From positions 116,265 through 180,264 of the forward strand of contig CAZIZG010000001.1 in NCBI GenBank assembly GCA_964543815.1: a stretch of DNA of 64,000 nucleotides. The letters are read 5' to 3'. The notes under the pieces are model-generated. The model searched no databases. It was not told where the DNA came from and was given only the letters and a program-made list of their open reading frames with translations. Source of the stretch: an uncultured Bdellovibrionales bacterium (GTDB lineage: Bacteria; Patescibacteriota; Minisyncoccia; Moranbacterales; UBA1568). Both the position numbers and the translations under genes were made by a program. Positions 56,941-64,000 of the stretch are shown piece after piece. Every line of letters begins with the position of its first letter. Position 1 is the stretch's first letter.

Positions 56941-57339
56941 CTACGCTTTGGACTCTTCGACCGGTGCTGCCTCTGTCGTCTCCTCTCCTTTGGGAGCTTC
57001 GGTCTCCGCTGCCACCTCTTCTGCTTTTGCTTCTTCAGAAGCTTCATCCACTACTGGCTCTTCCTTGGCTACTGGACGTGGCATTTTCTTGGCAACCTTC
57101 TTGCCAGTCACGATACCCTCACGAACAAGCATATTATGAACGGCATCAGACACCTGAGCACCCTGGGAAACCCAGTACAAGATACGATTCTTATTCAAGA
57201 GAGTTGTCTTTTTGTGTGGATCATAGCTCCCAAGAATCTCAACATGACGCTTACCTGGAGCTTTAGTATGTTCCTGAACAACAACACGAAAATGAGCACG
57301 ATTTCGTTTCCCTGTACGATTGAGACGGATAGCCAGCAT
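56941..57339 (-). CDS. rpsP: 30S ribosomal protein S16 with acidic/Ala-rich C-terminal extension
   Basis: MLAIRLNRTGKRNRAHFRVVVQEHTKAPGKRHVEILGSYDP. Confidence 0.9.
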   Translation of the reverse strand: MLAIRLNRTGKRNRAHFRVVVQEHTKAPGKRHVEILGSYDPHKKTTLLNKNRILYWVSQGAQVSDAVHNMLVREGIVTGKKVAKKMPRPVAKEEPVVDEASEEAKAEEVAAETEAPKGEETTEAAPVEESKA

Positions 57340-57498
57340 AGCAATAAACAGTATTAAGATAAACTTGTCCGTCCGAAGGCTTTTTCACGCCATAGGAGGA
57401 TACAAGCGCCATTCTAGCCTATTTCTCTGTCTCTGTCAATTCCCCTTACAAGTAATCAAAAAAAATATTAATATTCTGTCACATGCCGAGGAAATACC

Positions 57499-58156
57499 CT
57501 AATTTTCGACAGCAACCTTTTCAAGCACAACACGAAAGATAGGAAAACGACATTTCATATCATTCTCATCGTACAAAGATTTAAACTGCCCTGTTTCCTC
57601 CATTGTAAGTACGACCCCCTTCGGAAGAACCTTCTCAAGACTTTCCTGTAGGTTATGTCCAATCTCACCAAAAAATGGTGAGATACGAGCTTTTCCTCCA
57701 ATTCTCAGTACTCGAGCAGCCTCCTCAACCATCTTAATTCTAGCCTCAAATCCCAAATGCTCTACCAAGATGATTACTTAAAATCCAATCAAATGATTCA
57801 TTAGCAAATGGAAGCTGTTGAGCTAAGCCAGCAATCGGTTGAGCACCAGGGACCACATAGCCTTCAGATTCATCTTTGCCATTCTTAAAAAGTTTCTTCC
57901 GGTGCTTCTCATCCGCAAAATCAATACTCAATGAAACAATGTCACAATCTATACCTGCCTCCTGAGTTTCTCGTTCAAAGGTGAGTCGCTCACCAGCTCC
58001 CAAATTCAAAACTCGTTTTCCCTCAAGTTCATTCACTTTAAAGTTAAGTTGTTCCTCATACATCCTTACCCCCCTATCCAAAACATCGGCATACCTACTC
58101 CTATCTATTGTGTTCCTCTGATAAGACATATCGCCCGCCATTGGTTTTTCCATCAT
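57499..58156 (-). pseudogene. class I SAM-dependent methyltransferase interrupted by a frameshift (or sequencing error)
   Basis: ORF 57746..58156 carries motif I VLNLGAGERL and FDWILSNHL; ORF 57499..57768 in another frame continues EHLGFEARIKMVEEAARVLRIGGKA; the two overlap by 23 nt. Confidence 0.5.
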
Positions 58157-58172
58157 AGTTCGTAAAAATTAT

Positions 58173-60473
58173 CTAATGAGACTGAAATTTTCCTCCTTCA
58201 CCAATCTGATCCAGGCGAATAGAAAGTAGCTGAGAGACACCATCGGCGCCCATAGCCACTCCATAGAGGAGGGCTGCCTGTTCCATCGTCTGGCGGTTAT
58301 GAGTAATAGCAATGAATTGAGTATGGTCAGAAAGCTCTTGAAGCATCTTGGAGAACCGACGGGAGTTGGCCTCATCGAGCGCCGCTTCCACTTCATCGAG
58401 CACCGCAAACGGAGGTGGGTTATGAGAAATAATCGCAAAAAGAAGTGCCAACGACGTCAGTGACCGCTCACCACCGGAAAGCATCGACAAATTGGTAATC
58501 TTTTTTCCGGGTGGACAGGCAAAAATATCAATCCCGATCTCTTCTGGTTCTAAACTATCCTCATCATTCTCTGTACCATCATCATTCTCCTCGGTAATTT
58601 TACGTCGCTTGATTTTTACCATGTTTAATTCAGCTTTTCCACCACCGAAAATAATTTTAAAGTAAGCTTCAAACTTCTTACGAATCTGATCAAAGGCCTG
58701 TTCAAAAACCCCGTCAATTTTTTGATCCATTTCTTTCACCACAACGCGTAGCGATTCAATCGCTTGCTTCAGGTCAGCCGACTCGTGAGTGAGAAACTGA
58801 TAACGCCGCTCTGTTTCCTCAAACTCCTCCACCACCATTGGATCTATGGTTCCGATATGTTCCACCTCCACCTTGAGCCTTTGCACTTCCCGCTCCAGCC
58901 TCTCCCGATCCACTTCAGTACCATCATAGCGTAAATCAGCTACCTTCATATGAAGCTCTTCCTGCACTAGGTTAACCAGGTCCTCCTCACGTACCTCCAC
59001 CCGAGCTAGTCGGACCTTTACCTCGTTTAAGTTATCCTTGAGCACTGTGAGCTGACGCTCACGCTCACGCCAGAGTTTTTCTTTTACAAAAAACGTTTCA
59101 CGACTGGTACGACTCGTTTCACGATAAGAAGAGAGTTCTGCTTCTTTCGTCACAATGAGTTTCTGTAACTGCTCCAACTTTTTATTGAGAACCTCCTTCT
59201 CCTTGAGATACGTCGCCAGGCGCTCATCACTTGCCCGCTTTTCATCATCAGGCAAAGCGATGATTTTCTTCTCTTTGACACTCCCTTCACCAGCTTTGAC
59301 ATCTAAGTCATGCATTTTTTGCTTGATGACTTGGGCAAACTCCCGAATATCTTGTAAATCCTCAAGACGCTCAACGTTCTGAATCCGCTCAATGAGCTCC
59401 GCCTGATGGGTTCGAATTTCATCAAGCGCGCGCCGGACATAGTTCAAATCAACCGGGATAATCCGAATTACCTCTTCCGTCTTCTGCTTCTCACGTTCTA
59501 TTTCCATCTTACCCTCAAGAACGCTCCGATCACGAAGAAGAACATTCCCCTCTTCTCGTAAACGCGAAAGCTCCTGACTAAGCGCTTCCTCCTGACCCTG
59601 ATCTTCCATGCTCGCTGATGCCTCCGATACCTCCCGTTCGAGGGTATTAGTCTCTACTCCAATATCAAATACAGATTTTTCCAACACATCACGCTCAGCC
59701 ACCAACTTACCACGCTCTCCCTGAAAGTTGTCCCAAAGGTAGCTATACAAGAGCACCTGTTTCTCTTTTAATTTTTGCGCAATATCTTTTCCCTGCGAAG
59801 CCTTCTCTGCCTGACGCCTCAGGTTTTTCAAGTGCGGTTCAATCTCAAGACACAAGGCATCGACACGCACCAGATTCTCTCGAGTACTTTCTAACTTTCG
59901 AAGAGCCCGCTCTTTTTCTATTTGATACTGTTTGACACCTGCTGCGTCCTCAAAAATAGAACGTCGCTCCACTGCCGTAGCATTCAAAATAGCATCAGAC
60001 ATACCCTGGGTAATAACAGAGTAGCTGTCCTTGCCAATACCGGCCTTAGCGAGCAAATCAACCACATCCAAGAGACGTACCCGTGAACCATTAATCAGAT
60101 ATTCGCTTTCACCGCTACGATAAATCTTACGAGCAATAGACACCTCGGCAAACTCAATAGGAATTCGTTTGTCAGAATTATCAAAATAAAGCGTCACTGA
60201 AGCGGTCCCCAGGCGAGTCTTTTGATCAGTGCCAGCAAAAATAACGTCCTCAGATTTTTTCCCACGTAGGTTTTTGGATGACTGCTCACCAATAGCCCAG
60301 CGAATTGCATCGGCCACATTGGATTTCCCAGAACCATTAGGACCAACGATAGCCGTGATGCCACACTTACCACCATCGGCAATAGTGCATTCCGGCAAAA
60401 AATCCAGCGTCGTTTTATTCGCAAACGACTTAAAACCACTAATTTCGAGTTTCTTGAGATACATGGAAAACAA
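58173..60473 (-). CDS. smc: SMC-family chromosome segregation ATPase, unusually short (766 aa), no recognizable hinge
   Basis: N-terminal head LEISGFKSFANKTTLDF...ITAIVGPNGSGKSNVADAIRWAIGEQS; C-terminal head LSGGERSLTSLALLFAI...FAVLDEVEAALD; only about 450 aa of coiled coil between. Confidence 0.8.
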   Translation of the reverse strand: MFSMYLKKLEISGFKSFANKTTLDFLPECTIADGGKCGITAIVGPNGSGKSNVADAIRWAIGEQSSKNLRGKKSEDVIFAGTDQKTRLGTASVTLYFDNSDKRIPIEFAEVSIARKIYRSGESEYLINGSRVRLLDVVDLLAKAGIGKDSYSVITQGMSDAILNATAVERRSIFEDAAGVKQYQIEKERALRKLESTRENLVRVDALCLEIEPHLKNLRRQAEKASQGKDIAQKLKEKQVLLYSYLWDNFQGERGKLVAERDVLEKSVFDIGVETNTLEREVSEASASMEDQGQEEALSQELSRLREEGNVLLRDRSVLEGKMEIEREKQKTEEVIRIIPVDLNYVRRALDEIRTHQAELIERIQNVERLEDLQDIREFAQVIKQKMHDLDVKAGEGSVKEKKIIALPDDEKRASDERLATYLKEKEVLNKKLEQLQKLIVTKEAELSSYRETSRTSRETFFVKEKLWRERERQLTVLKDNLNEVKVRLARVEVREEDLVNLVQEELHMKVADLRYDGTEVDRERLEREVQRLKVEVEHIGTIDPMVVEEFEETERRYQFLTHESADLKQAIESLRVVVKEMDQKIDGVFEQAFDQIRKKFEAYFKIIFGGGKAELNMVKIKRRKITEENDDGTENDEDSLEPEEIGIDIFACPPGKKITNLSMLSGGERSLTSLALLFAIISHNPPPFAVLDEVEAALDEANSRRFSKMLQELSDHTQFIAITHNRQTMEQAALLYGVAMGADGVSQLLSIRLDQIGEGGKFQSH

Positions 60474-60589
60474 ATTTCAAAGCTCAAACAGCCATCAAAC
60501 ACAAACTACCAAAAATGGCCCTGTTTAAAAAAGCATCTGATTCGTCAACTGGCGAATTGATATCACCTAGAGTATATCGCATTTCAGGA

Positions 60590-60617
60590 TAAAAGAAAAA
60601 ACGCGCTCGCGCGCGCC
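60590..60617 (-). terminator. Rho-independent terminator after rnc (alternating-GC stem + U-tract)
   Basis: minus strand GGCGCGCGCGAGCGCG + TTTTTT. Confidence 0.5.
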
Positions 60618-60642
60618 TATCCCTCACATACTCATTAAAACT

Positions 60643-61341
60643 CTACTGCCAACCCTTGGCCAGAAGTGCCTGTTTGGCTGCCTCACGCTGGGCTTCCTGC
60701 TTAGATGAACCAGTCCCCTCGGCCACTTTTTCTTCGCCCAGATATACTCCGGCAATAAAGTTCCGATCATGGTCAGGCCCCCATTCCTTAAGGACCCGAT
60801 ATCCTGGTGTTACCCCCATTTTTTCCTGAGCCAACTCCTGAAAACGACTCTTGGCGTCAGTATGCAAACCCTGCTCAAACACCTCTGGCAAATGACTAAT
60901 AACCGTCTCCAAAATAAAATGTTTTGCCGCATCATACCCCTGATCGAGATAGAGCGCCCCAATGACAGCCTCCATAGCATTGGCGACGAGGTATCCACGT
61001 GCTCGGCCAGTATCCTTCGCTTCACCACGGCTCATAAGGAGATGGTGCTGCAACCCAAGATCGCTTCCGATTTTGGCCAGCATATCACCATTGACGAGTG
61101 CCGCTCGAAAACTGGTCAGTTCCCCTTCCGGATTTTCATAATTATGAAAAAGATTCTCAGTTACCACGAGCTCGAGAACGGCGTCGCCCAAAAATTCCAA
61201 ACGCTCATTGTGAGGATAACCATAGCCCTTATGTTCGTTTAAATACGAACGATGTGTTAAAGCCTCCTGAAAAAGCGCTATTTGTCGTACATCAATGTTC
61301 AGTTCCTGCTTCAGTTTTTCTATATCGATTTCTCTACTCAT
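60643..61341 (-). CDS. rnc: ribonuclease III
   Basis: HRSYLNEHKGYGYPHNERLEFLGDAVLELVV signature; C-terminal dsRBD. Confidence 0.95.
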   Translation of the reverse strand: MSREIDIEKLKQELNIDVRQIALFQEALTHRSYLNEHKGYGYPHNERLEFLGDAVLELVVTENLFHNYENPEGELTSFRAALVNGDMLAKIGSDLGLQHHLLMSRGEAKDTGRARGYLVANAMEAVIGALYLDQGYDAAKHFILETVISHLPEVFEQGLHTDAKSRFQELAQEKMGVTPGYRVLKEWGPDHDRNFIAGVYLGEEKVAEGTGSSKQEAQREAAKQALLAKGWQ

Positions 61342-61387
61342 AGTAGTGGCTCAATCTTTAAGAAAAAAGCGTCAATGAATGAACGCT

Positions 61388-61960
61388 TTACTCTCCTGTC
61401 TTCTTTTTCTTGGAAGAAGTCTTTTTCGTTTTCTTTGGTGGAGCTGACAAATTATTAGTTTCTTCTTCTACTGAAACATTCTCTTTCACTTCATCCTTAC
61501 TATGATTTTTGTGATTTTCAGAGGTATCATCCTTCATCGGCTCACCCATTTCCCGATAGATAGTACCAAGTACTCCGTTCACAAAACGCGGGCTTGCCTC
61601 GCTTCCAAAAGTTTTGGCGAGCTCGATAGCCTCATTGATAGCTACCTTGGGCGGCACCTCATCATAATTGCCAAACATGAGCTCGTAGATACCGAGACGG
61701 AGAACATTACGATCCACCACTGTCACCTGTTCAAGAGGCCACTCTGGCGCACACTTTTCAATGAGCTTGTCGATAGTGGAACGTTCACGGAGCGTCCCCT
61801 CCATCAGGTGTTCAGCAAATATCGTGTCTTCCAGTCCAGGAGCGAATTCGGCAATATTATGCCTCAGAATATCACGAGCGTGTTCATCGTGTTTACCCAA
61901 AAAATCCCATTCGAAGAGGGACTGCATTGCTACTGATCTTTGAAGATGCCGATTTGCCAT
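61388..61960 (-). CDS. nusB: transcription antitermination factor NusB with Lys-rich C-terminal tail
   Basis: NusB core [17 protein letters not shown]...[11 protein letters not shown]; 190 aa. Confidence 0.85.
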   Translation of the reverse strand: MANRHLQRSVAMQSLFEWDFLGKHDEHARDILRHNIAEFAPGLEDTIFAEHLMEGTLRERSTIDKLIEKCAPEWPLEQVTVVDRNVLRLGIYELMFGNYDEVPPKVAINEAIELAKTFGSEASPRFVNGVLGTIYREMGEPMKDDTSENHKNHSKDEVKENVSVEEETNNLSAPPKKTKKTSSKKKKTGE

Positions 61961-62037
61961 TTTTATTTTACTGCCTGAAACACATACATTGTTACTCCTC
62001 TCATTCTACAACGAAAGGAGCAAAGATCTAGGAGTTT

Positions 62038-62244
62038 CTAAGCAGACTTTTTGGTTGCCTCCAACTTGGGAGCCATTTTAACGACTTCGCGTCCTTTATA
62101 AAAACCACAGGCCGGACAGGCGCGGTGTGACAAAACTCGGGCTTTGCACTTTGGACATTCCTGAGTATTTACCAACTGCACATCATATTGCTTGCGAGCA
62201 CGATCGCGACGATGTCTGGTGTGTCTTTGCTTTGGTAGAGCCAT
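62038..62244 (-). CDS. rpmF: 50S ribosomal protein L32 (zinc-ribbon form)
   Basis: MALPKQRHTRHRRDRARKQ...CPKCKARVLSHRACPACG. Confidence 0.9.
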   Translation of the reverse strand: MALPKQRHTRHRRDRARKQYDVQLVNTQECPKCKARVLSHRACPACGFYKGREVVKMAPKLEATKKSA

Positions 62245-62314
62245 AACAGTAGCTACTGCACTTGAAAATTTACGTTGTCCTCAATCTAACACGCCTTTCC
62301 TGTTTTGGCAAGAT

Positions 62315-63025
62315 TTAGCCCCTCCTTGGCTTCAAAACACTTGAAAAACGCTTATTGACATTCTCCGGAAGCGACAACTGGACTGGCTTAAACGACAGAC
62401 GATGAATGGGGGTGGGGCCATATTTCCGAAGGGCCTCCATATGCATCTTGGTGCCATAGCCCTTGTGCTTGGCAAAGCCATATTCCGGATAATGCTTATC
62501 ATATTCCATAATCATATGATCCCGGGTCACTTTAGCGATGATGGAAGCGGCAGCGATGGATTTGACGCTTCCATCCCCGCCAACTATCGTTTCCTGTCTC
62601 AGGGAAAGATTGGGTATCATCTGATTACCATCAACGAGCAGCACGAGCTCTTCTTTTTTCTGGACATTATATATTTTTCGCTCGAGATCCGACACTGCTG
62701 ACTTCATCGCTAGAAATGTGGCCTCCAAAATATTAATCCGATCAATGGTATCAGCATGTGCCATCCCAATTCCAACAAAAAAATGTTCTTGAATGAAGTT
62801 ATGAATTTTTTCTCGTTGTTTCTCTGAAAGCTTTTTTGAGTCTCGGATAAGGGAAAATTCCTTTTCCAATCCTGGAGGAATAATAAAGTCTCCGTGTTTG
62901 TAACACACAGCAGCAGCCACCACTGGACCACAAAGTGGCCCCCTACCCGCTTCGTCCACCCCCACGACCAAAACACCGCCTTTCGTGGTAATTTCTCGTT
63001 CCTTTTCGAAGGTTGTTTCTTGCAT
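62315..63025 (-). CDS. rnhB: ribonuclease HII
   Basis: VVGVDEAGRGPLCGPVVAAAV ... DSKKLSEKQRE; start chosen at internal Met. Confidence 0.9.
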   Translation of the reverse strand: MQETTFEKEREITTKGGVLVVGVDEAGRGPLCGPVVAAAVCYKHGDFIIPPGLEKEFSLIRDSKKLSEKQREKIHNFIQEHFFVGIGMAHADTIDRINILEATFLAMKSAVSDLERKIYNVQKKEELVLLVDGNQMIPNLSLRQETIVGGDGSVKSIAAASIIAKVTRDHMIMEYDKHYPEYGFAKHKGYGTKMHMEALRKYGPTPIHRLSFKPVQLSLPENVNKRFSSVLKPRRG

Positions 63026-63211
63026 AAAATCATTATATACTATTAATAGGTAACTTCCCTGCAACGTCCAAGGAGCAATCCGGGCAATGAGGGAATTCAC
63101 AACCATGTCAAAATTTAAACTCCAAATTTCAAATCCCGCTTATTCTGCGGTTTTTATTTTGGTTTTTTAACCCTATACTTGTATATTTGAATTTTGAAAT
63201 TTAGATTTACT

Positions 63212-64000
63212 ATGTCATTTACCCACCTCCACGTCCATTCACACTACTCACTCCTCACGGCGCTTCCAAAAGTAGACGATCTCCTGAAGCGCGCTCAGGA
63301 ACTCGGAATGACTTCCTTGGCTCTCACCGATACTTCAGCCCTGTACGGAGCTGTTGAATTTTATATGCACGCCAAAGACTATGGTATCAAGCCAATCATC
63401 GGCGCCGAAGTCTTTGTTTGCAAAGATCTCTATAGCAAAAACAATACTTCTGAGGATCGGCGACGCACCCAGCTCGTACTTCTTGCTAAAAACAACGTGG
63501 GATACAAAAATCTCATGAAAATTATCTCTGTAGCGCAACTTGATGGTTTCTACTATAAAGCCCGCACCGATAAAAAACTCTTGAAACAATACAGCGAAGG
63601 ACTCATCGCCCTCTCGGGATCTCTTCAGGGTGAAGTGCCATCAGAAATTATTTACGGCAACTACGAGCGAGCTAAGCTTGCCGCTCTCGAATACCAGGAA
63701 ATTTTCGGTCAAGATAATTTCTATCTTGAACTCGGACCACATACTGATATAGAAAATCAGGTAGCTGCCAATCAAGGACTGGTCCAAATAAGTCAGGAAA
63801 CCGGTATTCCAGTAGTGGCCGCAGTTGATGTTCATTATGTAAAACGAGAAGATGCCTCCACTCAGGATATTCTCCTCGCTATCCGAGATAACAAAAAAGT
63901 CACCGATACGGAACGTTTTAGCATGATGTCGCTCGACTTGTCGCTACGCTCGACAGAGGAAATGACAGAAATTTTTCATGACATCCCTGAGGCCATCCTG
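63212..64000 (+). CDS. dnaE: DNA polymerase III alpha subunit, N-terminal PHP domain (partial, continues beyond the window)
   Basis: MSFTHLHVHSHYSLLTALPKVDDLLKRAQELGMTSLALTDTSALYGAVEFY; no stop before the window end. Confidence 0.9.
   Translation, partial: MSFTHLHVHSHYSLLTALPKVDDLLKRAQELGMTSLALTDTSALYGAVEFYMHAKDYGIKPIIGAEVFVCKDLYSKNNTSEDRRRTQLVLLAKNNVGYKNLMKIISVAQLDGFYYKARTDKKLLKQYSEGLIALSGSLQGEVPSEIIYGNYERAKLAALEYQEIFGQDNFYLELGPHTDIENQVAANQGLVQISQETGIPVVAAVDVHYVKREDASTQDILLAIRDNKKVTDTERFSMMSLDLSLRSTEEMTEIFHDIPEAIL

Noticed and set aside
58173-60473. Annotating the 766-aa ATPase as RecN
   Set aside because: Both head halves carry SMC-specific blocks (GFKSF...GPNGSGKSN...IRWAIGEQS and LSGGERSLTSLALLFAI) rather than RecN-type sequences.
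1-64000. CRISPR arrays, rRNA genes, IS elements
   Set aside because: No periodic direct repeats, rRNA signatures or transposase/DDE motifs were seen on either strand.

Overview
The window is about 46% GC by eye, gene-dense, and probably comes from an uncultivated small-genome bacterium (CPR/Patescibacteria-like). That lineage call is an inference from gene content and order, not a database result.

Layout, left to right:
1. 191-13663: a cell-envelope glycan locus (Wzx-like flippase, DUF360 protein, initiating sugar phosphotransferase, RNase P RNA on the minus strand, NAD-epimerase, two GT4 glycosyltransferases, a membrane-anchored two-domain Hsp100/Clp-type ATPase, a GT-C-like polytopic membrane protein with secreted partner).
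2. 13724-16268: an ABC-F ATPase flanked by two short, visibly GC-richer genes, each with its own terminator.
3. 16444-23351: GT4, ispH, an archaeal-type UMP-kinase-like pyrH, proS, a promoter/operator-controlled hypothetical gene, truD.
4. 23435-28654: another high-GC islet gene; a catalytically dead HtrA paralog, a membrane protein and an active HtrA; parvulin PPIase.
5. 28651-34009: FtsB-like protein, a TraG/VirD4-type ATPase with zinc ribbon plus an upstream 2-TM partner, a sigma-70 region-4-only HTH protein.
6. 34274-37553: hypothetical protein, GtrA-like protein, dnaX, tRNA-Gln(UUG) without encoded CCA.
7. 37560-40221, directly after the tRNA: five co-directional hypothetical genes including a predicted zinc-deaminase/nucleotidyltransferase fusion. 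This is my top candidate for an undescribed system.
8. 40228-45304: DUF1697, DUF2164, an HI0933-type flavoprotein, a DsbB-like protein, an alkyltransferase-like MGMT-fold protein, a ferric-reductase-like TM protein, a HAD hydrolase.
9. 45357-52664: a six-gene complex-I/group-4-hydrogenase-like membrane module (NuoCD/HycE-like, NuoN-, HyfE-, NuoH-, NuoL-, NuoB-like) in which every NiFe-site and Fe-S cysteine is substituted (Ehr-type).
10. 52776-64000: DedA, a CPA1 antiporter, rplL, rplJ with leader attenuator, rpsP, a frameshifted methyltransferase, an unusually short SMC (766 aa), rnc, nusB, rpmF, rnhB and the 5-prime part of dnaE running off the window.

I saw no rRNA, CRISPR array, transposase or integrase.
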